DNA of 64,000 nucleotides from an uncultured delta proteobacterium (GCA_963789395.1 CAWBKP010000019.1:128001-192000), one strand, 5' to 3'; positions 1 through 11,659 are shown, counted from the stretch's first letter. The notes: generated by a model not told the origin, from the sequence alone. Numbers and translations: made by a program.

Positions 1-56
1 CAGACACGTTTCCGTCTCTCTAAACTTTCACTTAATTTCCAACTAGGGTCGAGTCC

Positions 57-2603
57 ATGAACCCAATTGAAGAAATCATCGCCAAACTCCAGTCGATTTT
101 CGATGCTGTTGAAACCATCGGTTTGAACGATATCGGCGGGTGGGGTGCAGCCAGGTCCGAGCTGCAGGCCGTCCAGACATGTATCCCGGATGCTTACGGT
201 GCCCTTTTCCGGATCCTGGAATTGTCGATTCAGGGAATTAACGCCATTGTCCTGAAGACGGCCCGAAATACCTTTTCAGCGGTTGAGGCCGTGAGCCAGG
301 GCGTATTGGTTTGCAGAAAATGCCTGGAAGAGGGGGTGCTCGCCGAAGATCTAATTGATCCGGTGATTCAGGCCCTGCAGCAGGTTGTTGCCGATGATAC
401 GGATTTGCCTTCGACTTTCCACGTTGATGCCGATGACGGCATTACCCTGCAAGCGGAACTGAATGATCTTGCATCATTGTGGGTTCAGCAGGAACCCGAT
501 GACGCGGCGGGGGTTTCAAAGATTCTTCGGTCTCTGGTTGCTTTCTCCGAACATCCCGGCCTGCATCCTCCGGTGAAGGATCGGATTGGTAAGGCAATGG
601 AAATCCTGTATGCGATGCCGCTTCTTGAACCAGACAGCCTGGCCCAGGCCTGGTCCGAAGCTGGAACCTGTGTGGAGCAGGCCATTCAACTGATGGAACA
701 CCCGGATGAAATTCAGATCGATCCGCCTGAAACGCAGTCGTTGCCGAATACGGATGATGCACTGCGGGATTATATGCCCAAAGATCCGGATTCCGAACTG
801 ATCGGCGAATTTGTTGCCGAAGCTAATGATCTGATCGCTCGAGCCGAGGAGGCGCTGCTGTCGCTTGAAGTGGATCCCGAAGATATGGATGCCGTGGGGA
901 CTGTATTCCGCGCGTTTCATACCATTAAAGGCACATCCGCATTTCTGGAACTGTCGCTCCTTTCGGAGATGGGGCATCACGCGGAATCGCTGCTGAGCCG
1001 TGTTCGAGACAAAGAGATCCGGTATCAGGGCGGGTATGCTGATCTTGCCCTGCGGTCCCTGGATATGCTTAAAACCCTGATGCATTTGGTGGAAAAGGCG
1101 CTTGGCGGAGACCCGCTGATCAAACCCGAAGGGTATAACGCCCTGATGGATGCCTTGATGAACCCTGAGGCAGCGGGTGTTTCCGAGGAAATGGATGAAG
1201 TGGCGTCTCCTCGACTCGGGGATATTCTGGTTGCCCAAGGCAAGGCCGACCGGCAGTCGATAGAAACGCTGGTTGAGGAGCATTCGGGTGGACCTCTGGG
1301 GTTGGCGGCAATCAAAACCGGTGCTGCGTCGGCAACCGATGTGGCGCATGCCCTTCGCACCCAGGAGCGCATGAAGGGCTCCAGCAGTAAGCAATTTGTC
1401 GAAACATCGGTTCGGGTCAGCACGGATCGCCTGGACCGATTGATTGACATGGTTGGCGAAATGGTGATTGCCCATTCCATGGTGGCACAGGACAATGTGG
1501 TCGTTCAGGCCGCCCACTATGAGCTTCTGAAAAAAGTGAATCATACCAGCAAGATTGTTCGAGGACTTCAGGATCTGTCAATGTCGATGCGAATGGTGCC
1601 GCTGAAGGCGACGTTTCAGAAAATGGCGCGGCTGGTTCGGGATGTCGCCCGAAAAGTTGGAAAAAATGTGACCTTTGTTACGGAAGGGGAAGATACCGAA
1701 ATTGACAGAAATCTGGTGGATGTCATCAATGACCCCCTGGTCCACATGGTAAGAAATGCCGTGGATCACGGCATTGAGTCTCCTGAAGAACGCAAGAGAA
1801 ATGGAAAACCGCCCAATGGGACGGTGAAACTGTCAGCGTTTCATTCTGCCGGCAGCGTGGTGGTTCAAATCATTGACGATGGCAAGGGGTTGGATCGAAA
1901 AGCCATTCTGGCAAAGGCAATTGAGAAGGGGATGATCACGGACAGCTCGGCTGTGTGTGATCGTGATGTCTGCAACCTGATCCTGGAGCCCGGATTTTCA
2001 ACGGCTGCGGTGGTTACCGATGTGTCAGGCCGGGGTGTCGGTATGGATGTGGTGAAAAAAAACATCGAATCCCTGCGCGGACAGGTCGAGATACAGTCCG
2101 AGCCGGGCAAGGGATCGGTTTTTCGAATGAGCCTTCCGCTGACTCTGGCGATCATCGATGGCATGGTGTTACGGGCCGGTCAGGAAACATACGTCATTCC
2201 AACCGTTTCTATTGTCCGGTCCATCAAACCGGACCCCCGGGATATTTCAACGGTTTTCAACCAGGGGCGGGTGCTGTCTCTTCAGGGAAAACTGATTCCC
2301 CTGTATCAACTGACACGTCTTTATGAAATTGATGACCGCGGCGATGACCCGGATGGGCTGGTGGTGGTGATTGAAGACGACGGCAATCAGGCCGGTCTGA
2401 TCATAGACGAATTGGTTGGCAGACAGCAGGTGGTGATTAAAACACTTGGAGAAACCATGCAGAAGATACCGGGAATATCCGGTGGTGCCATCATGCCAAA
2501 CGGCAGGGTCGGATTGATTGTGGACATTCCCGGACTGATGAAACTTGTAGCAGCGGATGGGATTGACAAGAAAGAAGACAGATCTGACAAGGTGAATCCA
2601 TGA
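57..2603 (+). CDS. cheA: Chemotaxis histidine kinase CheA with long N-terminal extension
   Basis: HPt motif FRAFHTIKG; dimerisation SVRVSTDRLDRLIDMVGE; HATPase HMVRNAVDHG, DDGKG, SGRGVGMDVV; C-terminal CheW-like domain. Confidence 0.97.
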   Translation: MNPIEEIIAKLQSIFDAVETIGLNDIGGWGAARSELQAVQTCIPDAYGALFRILELSIQGINAIVLKTARNTFSAVEAVSQGVLVCRKCLEEGVLAEDLIDPVIQALQQVVADDTDLPSTFHVDADDGITLQAELNDLASLWVQQEPDDAAGVSKILRSLVAFSEHPGLHPPVKDRIGKAMEILYAMPLLEPDSLAQAWSEAGTCVEQAIQLMEHPDEIQIDPPETQSLPNTDDALRDYMPKDPDSELIGEFVAEANDLIARAEEALLSLEVDPEDMDAVGTVFRAFHTIKGTSAFLELSLLSEMGHHAESLLSRVRDKEIRYQGGYADLALRSLDMLKTLMHLVEKALGGDPLIKPEGYNALMDALMNPEAAGVSEEMDEVASPRLGDILVAQGKADRQSIETLVEEHSGGPLGLAAIKTGAASATDVAHALRTQERMKGSSSKQFVETSVRVSTDRLDRLIDMVGEMVIAHSMVAQDNVVVQAAHYELLKKVNHTSKIVRGLQDLSMSMRMVPLKATFQKMARLVRDVARKVGKNVTFVTEGEDTEIDRNLVDVINDPLVHMVRNAVDHGIESPEERKRNGKPPNGTVKLSAFHSAGSVVVQIIDDGKGLDRKAILAKAIEKGMITDSSAVCDRDVCNLILEPGFSTAAVVTDVSGRGVGMDVVKKNIESLRGQVEIQSEPGKGSVFRMSLPLTLAIIDGMVLRAGQETYVIPTVSIVRSIKPDPRDISTVFNQGRVLSLQGKLIPLYQLTRLYEIDDRGDDPDGLVVVIEDDGNQAGLIIDELVGRQQVVIKTLGETMQKIPGISGGAIMPNGRVGLIVDIPGLMKLVAADGIDKKEDRSDKVNP

Positions 2604-3412
2604 TGCTACCCTCCCATGAATTGAACGAGAATCAATTCCGGAAAATATCGGATCTGGTTTATCGGCATTGCGGCATCAATCTTAAAGACGGCAAGGAAGC
2701 ATTGGTGAAAGCCAGGCTGATGAAGCGCTTTCGCGCCATTGGTATGGATTCAGTGGAGTCCTATCTGGCGCTTATCCAGAGTAGTGACGGCGACCGTGAG
2801 CTGGATCATATGATTGATGCCATGACCACAAACAAGACGAGTTTTTTCAGAGAAATTGAACATTTCAAGTTTTTGCAGGAAAAGGTGCTGCCTCAGATCA
2901 AGGGAAAGCGGATGCGGTTCTGGAGCGCGGCCTGCTCATCGGGTGAAGAACCTTATTCTCTCGCAATGCTGCTGAAAGAACATCTTTCGGACAGTGATCG
3001 CAGGGATGTGCTGATTCTGGCCACCGATATTTCCAGAAGAATGCTTGAAAAAGGTGCAAAAGCCTTATATTCTGAAGATACCTTAAAGGGCCTGCCGTCG
3101 TCTTATCAGCAAAAGTATTTTGTCAGATCTCAAAATTCCGCATGTGCCTATCAGGTTTCCGATACTGTCCGGTCCATGGTTCGTCTGGCCCGCCTCAACC
3201 TGATGGATTCCTGGCCGATGAAGGGGCCGTTTCATGTGATTTTCTGCCGCAATGTGATGATATATTTTGATGGTGTCACGCAGCAGCAGTTGATCAGCCG
3301 TTTCTGGGAGATTCTTGAGCCCGGCGGATATCTCTTTGTGGGGCATTCGGAAGGGCTGTCGGCCATTACGCACAAGTTCAAATATGTTCGGCCGGCGACG
3401 TATCGGAAATAA
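2600..3412 (+). CDS. cheR: Chemotaxis methyltransferase CheR
   Basis: TTNKTSFFRE, WSAACSSGEEPYS, IFCRNVMIYFD, GHSE motifs; ATGA overlap with cheA. Confidence 0.97.
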   Translation: MMLPSHELNENQFRKISDLVYRHCGINLKDGKEALVKARLMKRFRAIGMDSVESYLALIQSSDGDRELDHMIDAMTTNKTSFFREIEHFKFLQEKVLPQIKGKRMRFWSAACSSGEEPYSLAMLLKEHLSDSDRRDVLILATDISRRMLEKGAKALYSEDTLKGLPSSYQQKYFVRSQNSACAYQVSDTVRSMVRLARLNLMDSWPMKGPFHVIFCRNVMIYFDGVTQQQLISRFWEILEPGGYLFVGHSEGLSAITHKFKYVRPATYRK

Positions 3413-3506
3413 ATAAACCAGAGCGACGTCTGGCGGAATCTTTACAACACTTCTGTAACGCGCATGGTTAGCATAAACGGGTTAGACTTCAGAACACAGA
3501 CAGGTA

Positions 3507-3983
3507 ATGATGAATCACGTTGTAGCCGTTGGAGATATGAAAACAGGATGCAGGGATGACATGATTGTCACCCATGCACTTGGAAGCTGTCTGGGACTGA
3601 TGGTGTATGATCCCGCAGCACGGGTTGGCGGACTTCTCCATGCCATGCTTCCGCTTTCAAAAATCAATCTGCAAAAAGCCTCTGAAAATCCATATATGTT
3701 TGTCGATACGGGAGTTCCGGAACTTTTCAGCCGATTGTATGATTTGGGCGGTCAGAAAAGCCGCATGGTGATTAAAGCGGCTGGATGCGGCCAGCCATTG
3801 GGCAACAGTGAAATGTTCAAAATCGGGGAACGCAATTACACCATCCTGAAAAAACTGCTCTGGAAAAACAATATGCTGGTCGAAGCTGAAGATGTGGGGG
3901 GAATCGCCAGTCGTACGGTTTATTTTGACCTGTCAACAGGCCAGGTAACTATCAGCAGTAAAGGAGTCAAAAAAGAGCTGTGA
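3507..3983 (+). CDS. cheD: Chemoreceptor glutamine deamidase CheD
   Basis: ALGSCLG (catalytic Cys), GGLLHAMLP (His), IGERN, EDVGG motifs. Confidence 0.93.
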   Translation: MMNHVVAVGDMKTGCRDDMIVTHALGSCLGLMVYDPAARVGGLLHAMLPLSKINLQKASENPYMFVDTGVPELFSRLYDLGGQKSRMVIKAAGCGQPLGNSEMFKIGERNYTILKKLLWKNNMLVEAEDVGGIASRTVYFDLSTGQVTISSKGVKKEL

Positions 3984-4834
3984 ACCAAAGAGAACTGAAA
4001 CTGATCCTGGAAGATGTAAAGTCTTTTCCCAGTATGCCTGCAGCGGCGCTGAAACTGCTGACGCTGCTGAAAGACGAGAATACATCCAACGCGCAGATCG
4101 AGCAGATCCTGCGGTATGAGCCTGGTTTGACCGCCAATATACTCAAGCTGACCAATTCTGCTTTTTTCGGGCTTCCGACAAAGATTGGTTCTGTCCGGCA
4201 GGCGATTCTGATGATCGGATGGAAAAAACTGATTCAAATCGTTCTGGCATCATGTGTCAGCGCCATCATCGACAAGCCCGTCCAGGGGTATGATTTGTCG
4301 GCCGGAGACCTGTGGCGGCATTCCGTGGCTGTTTCCGTGGCTTCGGAAATTCTGGTGAAAGAGCTGAAATTATCAGTTCCCGAAGAGGTGTTTACAGCAG
4401 CTCTCCTTCATGATGTCGGGAAAATGGTGCTGGGAAGGTATGTCAAAGAGGATATTGCCGTGATAGATGGCGAAGCGATGCAGGAAGTGCCTTTTGAACA
4501 GGTCGAACGCAGCATGTTCGGAATAGACCATGCTGAGATCGGCGCCAATATTCTGAAACGCTGGTCATTTCCACCGGCGATGATCAGCGCTGTTCGATGG
4601 CATCATGATCCGGATGCCGCACCCAAACCCAACCACCTGATAGATGTGGTCCATGTGGCGGATGTATTGTGCTTGATGTCGGGAATCGGTGTGGGCAGGG
4701 AAGGACTTCAATACCGGCCGTCACCGACGGCCTGTGAGCGTATCGGTCTTGCCGTAGAACAACTTGAAAAAGTGGCGAGCCAGACACTGCAATGGGCAAA
4801 TGAACTGGCCGCATCCCTTCAGGCCGAGGCCTGA
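3980..4834 (+). CDS. HDOD domain protein
   Basis: LTANILKLTNSAFFG, LWRHS, ALLHDVGK, DHAEIG, RWHH motifs. Confidence 0.92.
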   Translation: MNQRELKLILEDVKSFPSMPAAALKLLTLLKDENTSNAQIEQILRYEPGLTANILKLTNSAFFGLPTKIGSVRQAILMIGWKKLIQIVLASCVSAIIDKPVQGYDLSAGDLWRHSVAVSVASEILVKELKLSVPEEVFTAALLHDVGKMVLGRYVKEDIAVIDGEAMQEVPFEQVERSMFGIDHAEIGANILKRWSFPPAMISAVRWHHDPDAAPKPNHLIDVVHVADVLCLMSGIGVGREGLQYRPSPTACERIGLAVEQLEKVASQTLQWANELAASLQAEA

Positions 4835-4893
4835 TGCAGGGCGCATCGGCTGTTTGAAATTCAAAGACAAAGCAGAACCGGGAGAGTTGATTT

Positions 4894-5283
4894 ATGGGGA
4901 TAAACATCCTTGTCGTGGATGACAGCAGCGTCATGCGGGCAATGATTCTTAAAACGCTGCGAATGAGCGGGCTTTCTCTTGGAGATGTTTACGGAGCTTC
5001 AAATGGCGTTGAAGGGCTGGAAATCCTCAGTCGGCAGTGGACGGATCTGGTGATTCTGGATATCAACATGCCGGTGATGAATGGAGAAGACATGATGATC
5101 CGTATGAAGGAAAATCCGGAGACGCGGGATATTCCCGTTATCGTCATATCCACCGAAGGTTCCAAGACCCGGATTGATGGGCTGCTAAAAATGGGTGCAA
5201 CTTTCATTCGCAAGCCATTTACGCCTGAGATCATTCGTGATGCAATCCATCAGAGTCTGGGGACAGGAGAAAACCATGAATGA
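4894..5283 (+). CDS. cheY: Single-domain response regulator (CheY-like)
   Basis: ILVVDDS, LDINMP, ISTE, KPF receiver motifs; inside che operon. Confidence 0.85.
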   Translation: MGINILVVDDSSVMRAMILKTLRMSGLSLGDVYGASNGVEGLEILSRQWTDLVILDINMPVMNGEDMMIRMKENPETRDIPVIVISTEGSKTRIDGLLKMGATFIRKPFTPEIIRDAIHQSLGTGENHE

Positions 5284-5731
5284 TTTCAAGAAGACGGCAT
5301 TGAGCAAGATCGCCGGAGATTCTCTGGAGAAACTGGCGTTTATGTTTTTTGTGCCCGATGCTTTCAGGGAACCGATTCCGTTTCAGGATGCCGTGACGGC
5401 TGAAGTATCGTTTTCAGGCATTTTTTCAGGCCGGCTGGCGGTGGTGATGAGTGAGCCGGCTTTAAAAGAACTGGCTGCAAATATGCTGGGGATTGACACT
5501 GAAGAGGTTGAGCAGAATCATCTGGATGATGCTTTGAAAGAAACCGCAAATATTATCTGCGGCAACTGGCTTCCGGTAGTGGGCGGGGACCAGGAGGTGT
5601 TTCACATTGCCGCACCACGGATACTGAGTCCGTTTCAGGCGTCTACTGCTTTGACAGGCCAAACCCCTTCTATCCTTGAAAAAATGAGTGCAGACGAAGA
5701 ACCCTGCGATATTTATTTTTTCAGGGAATGA
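5276..5731 (+). CDS. cheX: CheX/CheC-family phosphatase
   Basis: DALKETANIICGN (E-x2-N motif); start moved to ATG 5276 after GGAG RBS. Confidence 0.8.
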   Translation: MNDFKKTALSKIAGDSLEKLAFMFFVPDAFREPIPFQDAVTAEVSFSGIFSGRLAVVMSEPALKELAANMLGIDTEEVEQNHLDDALKETANIICGNWLPVVGGDQEVFHIAAPRILSPFQASTALTGQTPSILEKMSADEEPCDIYFFRE

Positions 5732-5741
5732 ACTGATAAGT

Positions 5742-6820
<1,079 letters not shown>

Positions 6821-6882
6821 TTTGATTGTCTGCGGAAGGCGATGCACAACAAACCGGAACAATTCATGAAAGGTGATTTGCC

Positions 6883-8273
6883 ATGATAGGCTTGAACGCT
6901 TCATTGTATATCGGAAGAGATGCCCTGATGACCCAGCAGTTGGCAATTTCCGTGACCGGACAGAATATTGCCAATGTGAACACGCCCGGATATTCCCGGC
7001 AGCGGGTCAATCTGGAGAGTAAAGTGATTGCTTCGGCTCAGGGGGCCATCGGAGCCGGCGTAATAGACAGAGGGATTGTCCGGTCATACGACCAGTTTTT
7101 GAATGCGCATATCCAGGAAGAGATTCAGCAGAAAGGAACGTGGCAAGCCCAGAATGAGGCGATGCAGCAGACGGAGATTATTTTTGATGAAGCGTCCGGT
7201 GACGGCTTGAGTCAGCACCTGAGTCAGTTCTGGAATGCATGGCAGGATCTGACACTGAATCCCTCCGGCTATGCGGAGCGAAAAGCGTTAACGACCGCAA
7301 GCGAGGACCTGGCGTCCAATTTTCAGGAAAAAACCCAATACCTTGATCAGGTGCAAAAAGATATGGATGGCCGGATCGCGGCTGCAACCGATGAAATCAA
7401 TTCCCTGGCAGCAAATATAACGAACCTAAACGAAAAAATCGTTCAGCTGGAATTAAATGGCAGTACTGCCAATGATTTCAGAGATAAACGGGAGCTGCTG
7501 ATCAATCAGCTGTCTGAAAAAATTAATTTTACGACCAGTGAAGATTCGCAGGGGCGTGTGACGCTGACGCTTGGAGATGGTAACGTGCTGGTTGGCAGCC
7601 CGCCGTTCGGGAAACTGACCACTGCCGTGAATGCTTCCGGGTATCATGATATCGTCTGGGATACGGCGCCGGCTACTTCGATCAATGATAGTATCGCCGC
7701 CGGGAATTTAAAGGGGTGGATGAATGTCAGAGATTCCCTTGTGCCGGAATATAAAGACCAGCTGGATATACTTGCCGGGCAAATTATAGATCAAGTCAAT
7801 GCGGTTCACTCGACAGGCAAGGGACTTGGACGGCTCTACCGGGAACAATTTTTTTTCCGGGAATTCCGCTTCAACAATTCAGGTAAATGCGACGGTTCTT
7901 GGCGATGTCAATAAAATTGCCGCCGCCGGAGCGGTTTCGCCTGGACTTGATACGGGGGGACAACACTCAGGCCATTGCCATTGCCGGTCTGCAGAATAAA
8001 CAGACAATGGATGGCAATTCGGCGACATTCGACACCTATTTCAATACACTGGTCTCCAGAGTTGGCAGTGATGTGCAGAATGCGTCGATGAATCTGGAAC
8101 ATCACGCCATGACGGTTGATCAGATGGAGAATTACCGGGAGTCCATTTGCGGGGTTTCGCTTGACGAAGAAATGGTGAATCTGGTTAAATATCAACAGGG
8201 GTATGCGGCTGCCGCAAAACTGATTGATACCGTCCAGCAGATGATGGACACTGTCATCAATATGGTAAGATGA
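6883..8273 (+). CDS. flgK: Flagellar hook-associated protein FlgK, split over three frames (probable sequencing indels near 7825 and 7950)
   Basis: N-term QNIANVNTPGYSRQ; middle LDGSTGNNFF in a second frame; C-term GVSLDEEMVNLVKYQQGYAAAAK in a third frame. Confidence 0.9.
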
Positions 8274-8370
8274 ACGCGGAAATCCGATAGGCCCGGTTTT
8301 ATAGTGAACCTGTAACCTAAAGATTATATTGTGTTGCTCGGGGTTATTTGTCAAAAAATAGAGATGCATT

Positions 8371-8934
8371 ATGGACGTACACATAGTTGAACATCCGTCA
8401 CCTTTTCGTGTCGAAGATGTCCTCCTGATCGCCTTGAAAAAAATTGAGGATATTTCGTGTACCAAAGCCAGGCTTTATTCCGGGTTCTATTCCGGGATCG
8501 GGCTGTCTGTATTGGAAGAAGACCCGCCCGATGACGCCGTCAATCCCAGGCTCTGGAAAAAACTGATTTCCATGGATGCAAAATTGAATCTGATTCTGGA
8601 AAAGATGATTCAGAACAGCGACGGATTCAATCAGGCCCAAAACCGGCGGTTGTCCTTAAGTGAAGAAGATATCCGGATTGTAACGCCGGATATCTTCGCA
8701 ACCGGTGATTTTATTGAAATTAAAATGCTGTTGCCCGTCAATACGCCGGTATGGATCATCCTCTATGGCAGGGTATCACAGGTCGGAAACGTTTCATCAG
8801 ACCAGAATGAAATATGGATACTGTTTTCAGAAATGGCAGATGATGTTAAACAGATTCTGGGGTATTATCTGTTAAACCGCCAACGGGAAATCGTCCGTAA
8901 ACTCAGGCAGCAATCAAAAGAAGTCAACCCGTGA
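8371..8934 (+). CDS. PilZ-like domain protein (degenerate motifs)
   Basis: FRVEDVL...MDAKLNLILE...EIKMLLP...GRV...LLNRQREIVR resembles deltaproteobacterial PilZ proteins. Confidence 0.6.
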   Translation: MDVHIVEHPSPFRVEDVLLIALKKIEDISCTKARLYSGFYSGIGLSVLEEDPPDDAVNPRLWKKLISMDAKLNLILEKMIQNSDGFNQAQNRRLSLSEEDIRIVTPDIFATGDFIEIKMLLPVNTPVWIILYGRVSQVGNVSSDQNEIWILFSEMADDVKQILGYYLLNRQREIVRKLRQQSKEVNP

Positions 8935-8954
8935 TTCGTCTTATGGGCTTTTTT
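8928..8954 (+). terminator. Putative intrinsic terminator
   Basis: CCCGTGA-ttcgtc-TTATGGG stem (with G-U pairs) followed by CTTTTTT. Confidence 0.45.
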
Positions 8955-9077
8955 GTCTGAATGCGGATGCGTTCAATTTATTTTATCCCACAGGTGCTTT
9001 CCGTAAAAAAGCGGGGTGAAGACAGGTCGGGGGACTGGTTTTAAGGTCCCATTCATATAAACAGGACGTGTCAATCC

Positions 9078-9941
9078 ATGTATGTCGCAATCGGAATTGT
9101 TGTTGTATTTGGGGCCATCGGGGTGGGATATTTGATGGAACATGGCCATTTCAGCGTGCTGTTTCAGCCTGCGGAACTGGTCATCATCGGCGGAGCGTCT
9201 TTTGGCACGTTTATTATCGCATCTTCCAAAAAAACGATTTCTCTGACCTTTAAAGCGGTCAGTCAGATATTCGGCGGCCATGAATTAGATAAAAAAGCAT
9301 ATATCGAATTGCTGCTGCTGCTCAATGAAATATTTTTCAAAGTCAAGCGGGAAGGGTTTCTGGCCATTGAGGCGGATATCGATCATCCGGATGAGAGTGA
9401 GGTGTTCAAAAAATATCCCACTGTCGTATCCAGTGCATCGACCGTGGATTTTATCTGTGATAATTTCCGGACCATCATTTCCTCCAACATGACCCCTCAT
9501 GAACTGGAAAATTTAATGGAAATCGATATGGCGGCCCAGGAGCATGATGCGATGATTCCTTCTGCCGCGCTGACAAAAGTATCGGACGGTCTGCCGGCCC
9601 TGGGGATTGTCGCAGCTGTTCTGGGCGTGGTGCTGACCATGGGAAAGATCAGCGAACCCCCGGAAGTCCTGGGACACAGTATCGGGGCGGCCCTGGTGGG
9701 AACTTTTCTGGGTATTCTTGCCAGCTATGGATTGGTGGGACCCATGGCAACCAATCTCGAAAATAAGGCCAAGGAACATGATGCCTATCTGAACGTCATT
9801 AAATCGGCAATTCTGGCAATGGCCAGCGGTGCAGCGCCGCAGTCGGCAGTGGAATCGGCCAGAAGGGCCATTCCGACCGCGGATCGGCCCGGTTTTGAAG
9901 AACTCAATGAGGAAATCAAGAAATGGAAGGGCAACCAGTAA
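9078..9941 (+). CDS. motA: Flagellar stator MotA
   Basis: QPAELVIIGGA, REGFLAIE, PALGIVAAVLGV, ALVGTFLGI. Confidence 0.97.
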   Translation: MYVAIGIVVVFGAIGVGYLMEHGHFSVLFQPAELVIIGGASFGTFIIASSKKTISLTFKAVSQIFGGHELDKKAYIELLLLLNEIFFKVKREGFLAIEADIDHPDESEVFKKYPTVVSSASTVDFICDNFRTIISSNMTPHELENLMEIDMAAQEHDAMIPSAALTKVSDGLPALGIVAAVLGVVLTMGKISEPPEVLGHSIGAALVGTFLGILASYGLVGPMATNLENKAKEHDAYLNVIKSAILAMASGAAPQSAVESARRAIPTADRPGFEELNEEIKKWKGNQ

Positions 9942-10762
9942 TCATCAAGAAGTCCAGGAAGAAGGGACACGGCGGTGGACACGGCGGGGCCTGGAAAGTG
10001 GCTTACGCTGATTTTGTCACTGCCATGATGGCCTTTTTCCTTCTCATGTGGTTGCTTGCCATGGTTTCCCCAGAGAAGCGGGCAGGCGTTTCCTATTATT
10101 TCAAACATTTCAATATATTTGATAAAAGCGGGTTGTCGTTTGTGGAAACCAAGGTTACGCCCAAAATCAATTTGATGGATGATCAGGCAATTGGAAAACC
10201 CGAGCTGTCTATCCGGATTGAGGAGGAGGAAGAAAGAGCGCTAAAAAGTGCGGAGACGCTCAGCGAGCATCTGAAAAAGGAGATTGAGACCAAGCTTGCT
10301 GATTTCAAGGACCAGATCATCATCGATACGTTTGAAGGCGCTGTTCGGGTCGAGATTCTGGATAAGGAAACCGGGACCATGTTTCCTCTGGGAAGTGCCG
10401 AAATATCGACAAACGGCAAGCGGATACTGAAAACCATTTCTCCGGCCATCATCGGCAGCAACCGCAAGATTGCCATTGAAGGGCATACGGATGCGCTGAG
10501 CTATGCGGCTCCCGGAAAATACAGCAACTGGGAGCTTTCCACCGAAAGGGCTTCGGTCGCCCGAAAAGAGCTGGAACGGGCCGGCCTGCCGCAAGAGATG
10601 CTGATGCGGGTAACCGGCTATGCCGCAACCGAACCGCTCAACAAAAGCAACCTCTATGACCCCAGGAACCGCCGAATCAGTATTTTGATGTTTTATCAAT
10701 ACAAGGATAAAGCCCGGGAAGAGGTGAATGATTTGAAGGGCAAAATCAAAGTCAGCAAATAA
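9923..10762 (+). CDS. motB: Flagellar stator MotB
   Basis: HGGAWKVAYADFVTAMMAFF; OmpA-like EGHTD, NWELSTERA, RNRRI. Confidence 0.97.
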   Translation: MEGQPVIIKKSRKKGHGGGHGGAWKVAYADFVTAMMAFFLLMWLLAMVSPEKRAGVSYYFKHFNIFDKSGLSFVETKVTPKINLMDDQAIGKPELSIRIEEEEERALKSAETLSEHLKKEIETKLADFKDQIIIDTFEGAVRVEILDKETGTMFPLGSAEISTNGKRILKTISPAIIGSNRKIAIEGHTDALSYAAPGKYSNWELSTERASVARKELERAGLPQEMLMRVTGYAATEPLNKSNLYDPRNRRISILMFYQYKDKAREEVNDLKGKIKVSK

Positions 10763-10774
10763 GGAGGTTATCTG

Positions 10775-11659
10775 ATGCGGATTACCCAAAAAATGATGGC
10801 CAATCAGGTCAATGGCAATCTGTCGAGAAATATTGAAAAATTCTTGAAAACCCAAAGCCGGATATCATCCGGGAAACAGATCACCCGGGCATCGGATGAT
10901 CCGATTGGTATAGGAAAGATTCTGGATTATCGAAAGTTGCTGGATACGATTGACCAATACGGCCGCAACATCTCTCGGGCACGGTCCGGTTTGGAAGCCG
11001 GAGAATCCACGCTGTCGGATATCGGCGAACTGTTGAACCGCGCAAAGGAACTGGCACTGTCCCAGGCAACGGGCACAGCCAGTCCGGAAACCCGTAAAAG
11101 TGCAGCCGGAGAGGTCCGGCAGATTCGGGATCAGCTGATCCAGTTTGCCAATAGCAAGCAGGATGATCGTTATATGTTTGGAGGCCGCAAAACCGATGTG
11201 CCGCCTTATGACCCCCTGAATCCGGCAGGTCCATTCCAGGGAGACAGCGGCGATGTTTCGATAATCGTCGGCAACGATGTCACCCTGAATGCGGCTGTCA
11301 ACGGTCAGCGGGCATTCGGGAGTCCTGTGGATCCGGTTCTGGTGTTGACAAAACTTATCGCGGGACTGGAAGCCAACGATCAAACTGCCATTTCCGATCA
11401 GCTGGATCCCCTGGATCAGTCGCTGGGTCAGGTTATAAATGAACGGACCGATGTCGGCGCTAGATTGAACCGCCTGGATTCAACCGAATCCCATTGGGAT
11501 TCTTTTAAAATCAACATCCAGAAAATGCTCTCGGATACGGAAGACCTGGACATGGTTCAGGCAGCAACGGAACTGACCGCTCAGCAAGCAGCGTATCAGG
11601 CGGCCTTGTCCTCGTCAGCCAAAATCATTCAACCCAGTCTTCTGGATTATCTGAGGTAG
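10775..11659 (+). CDS. flgL: Flagellar hook-associated protein FlgL
   Basis: MRITQKMM, SSGKQITRASDDP, VGARLNRL, PSLLDYLR; AAGGAGG RBS. Confidence 0.96.
   Translation: MRITQKMMANQVNGNLSRNIEKFLKTQSRISSGKQITRASDDPIGIGKILDYRKLLDTIDQYGRNISRARSGLEAGESTLSDIGELLNRAKELALSQATGTASPETRKSAAGEVRQIRDQLIQFANSKQDDRYMFGGRKTDVPPYDPLNPAGPFQGDSGDVSIIVGNDVTLNAAVNGQRAFGSPVDPVLVLTKLIAGLEANDQTAISDQLDPLDQSLGQVINERTDVGARLNRLDSTESHWDSFKINIQKMLSDTEDLDMVQAATELTAQQAAYQAALSSSAKIIQPSLLDYLR

Noticed and set aside
3430..3446. Sigma54 promoter before cheD
   Set aside because: TGGC present but the -12 position reads AC instead of GC
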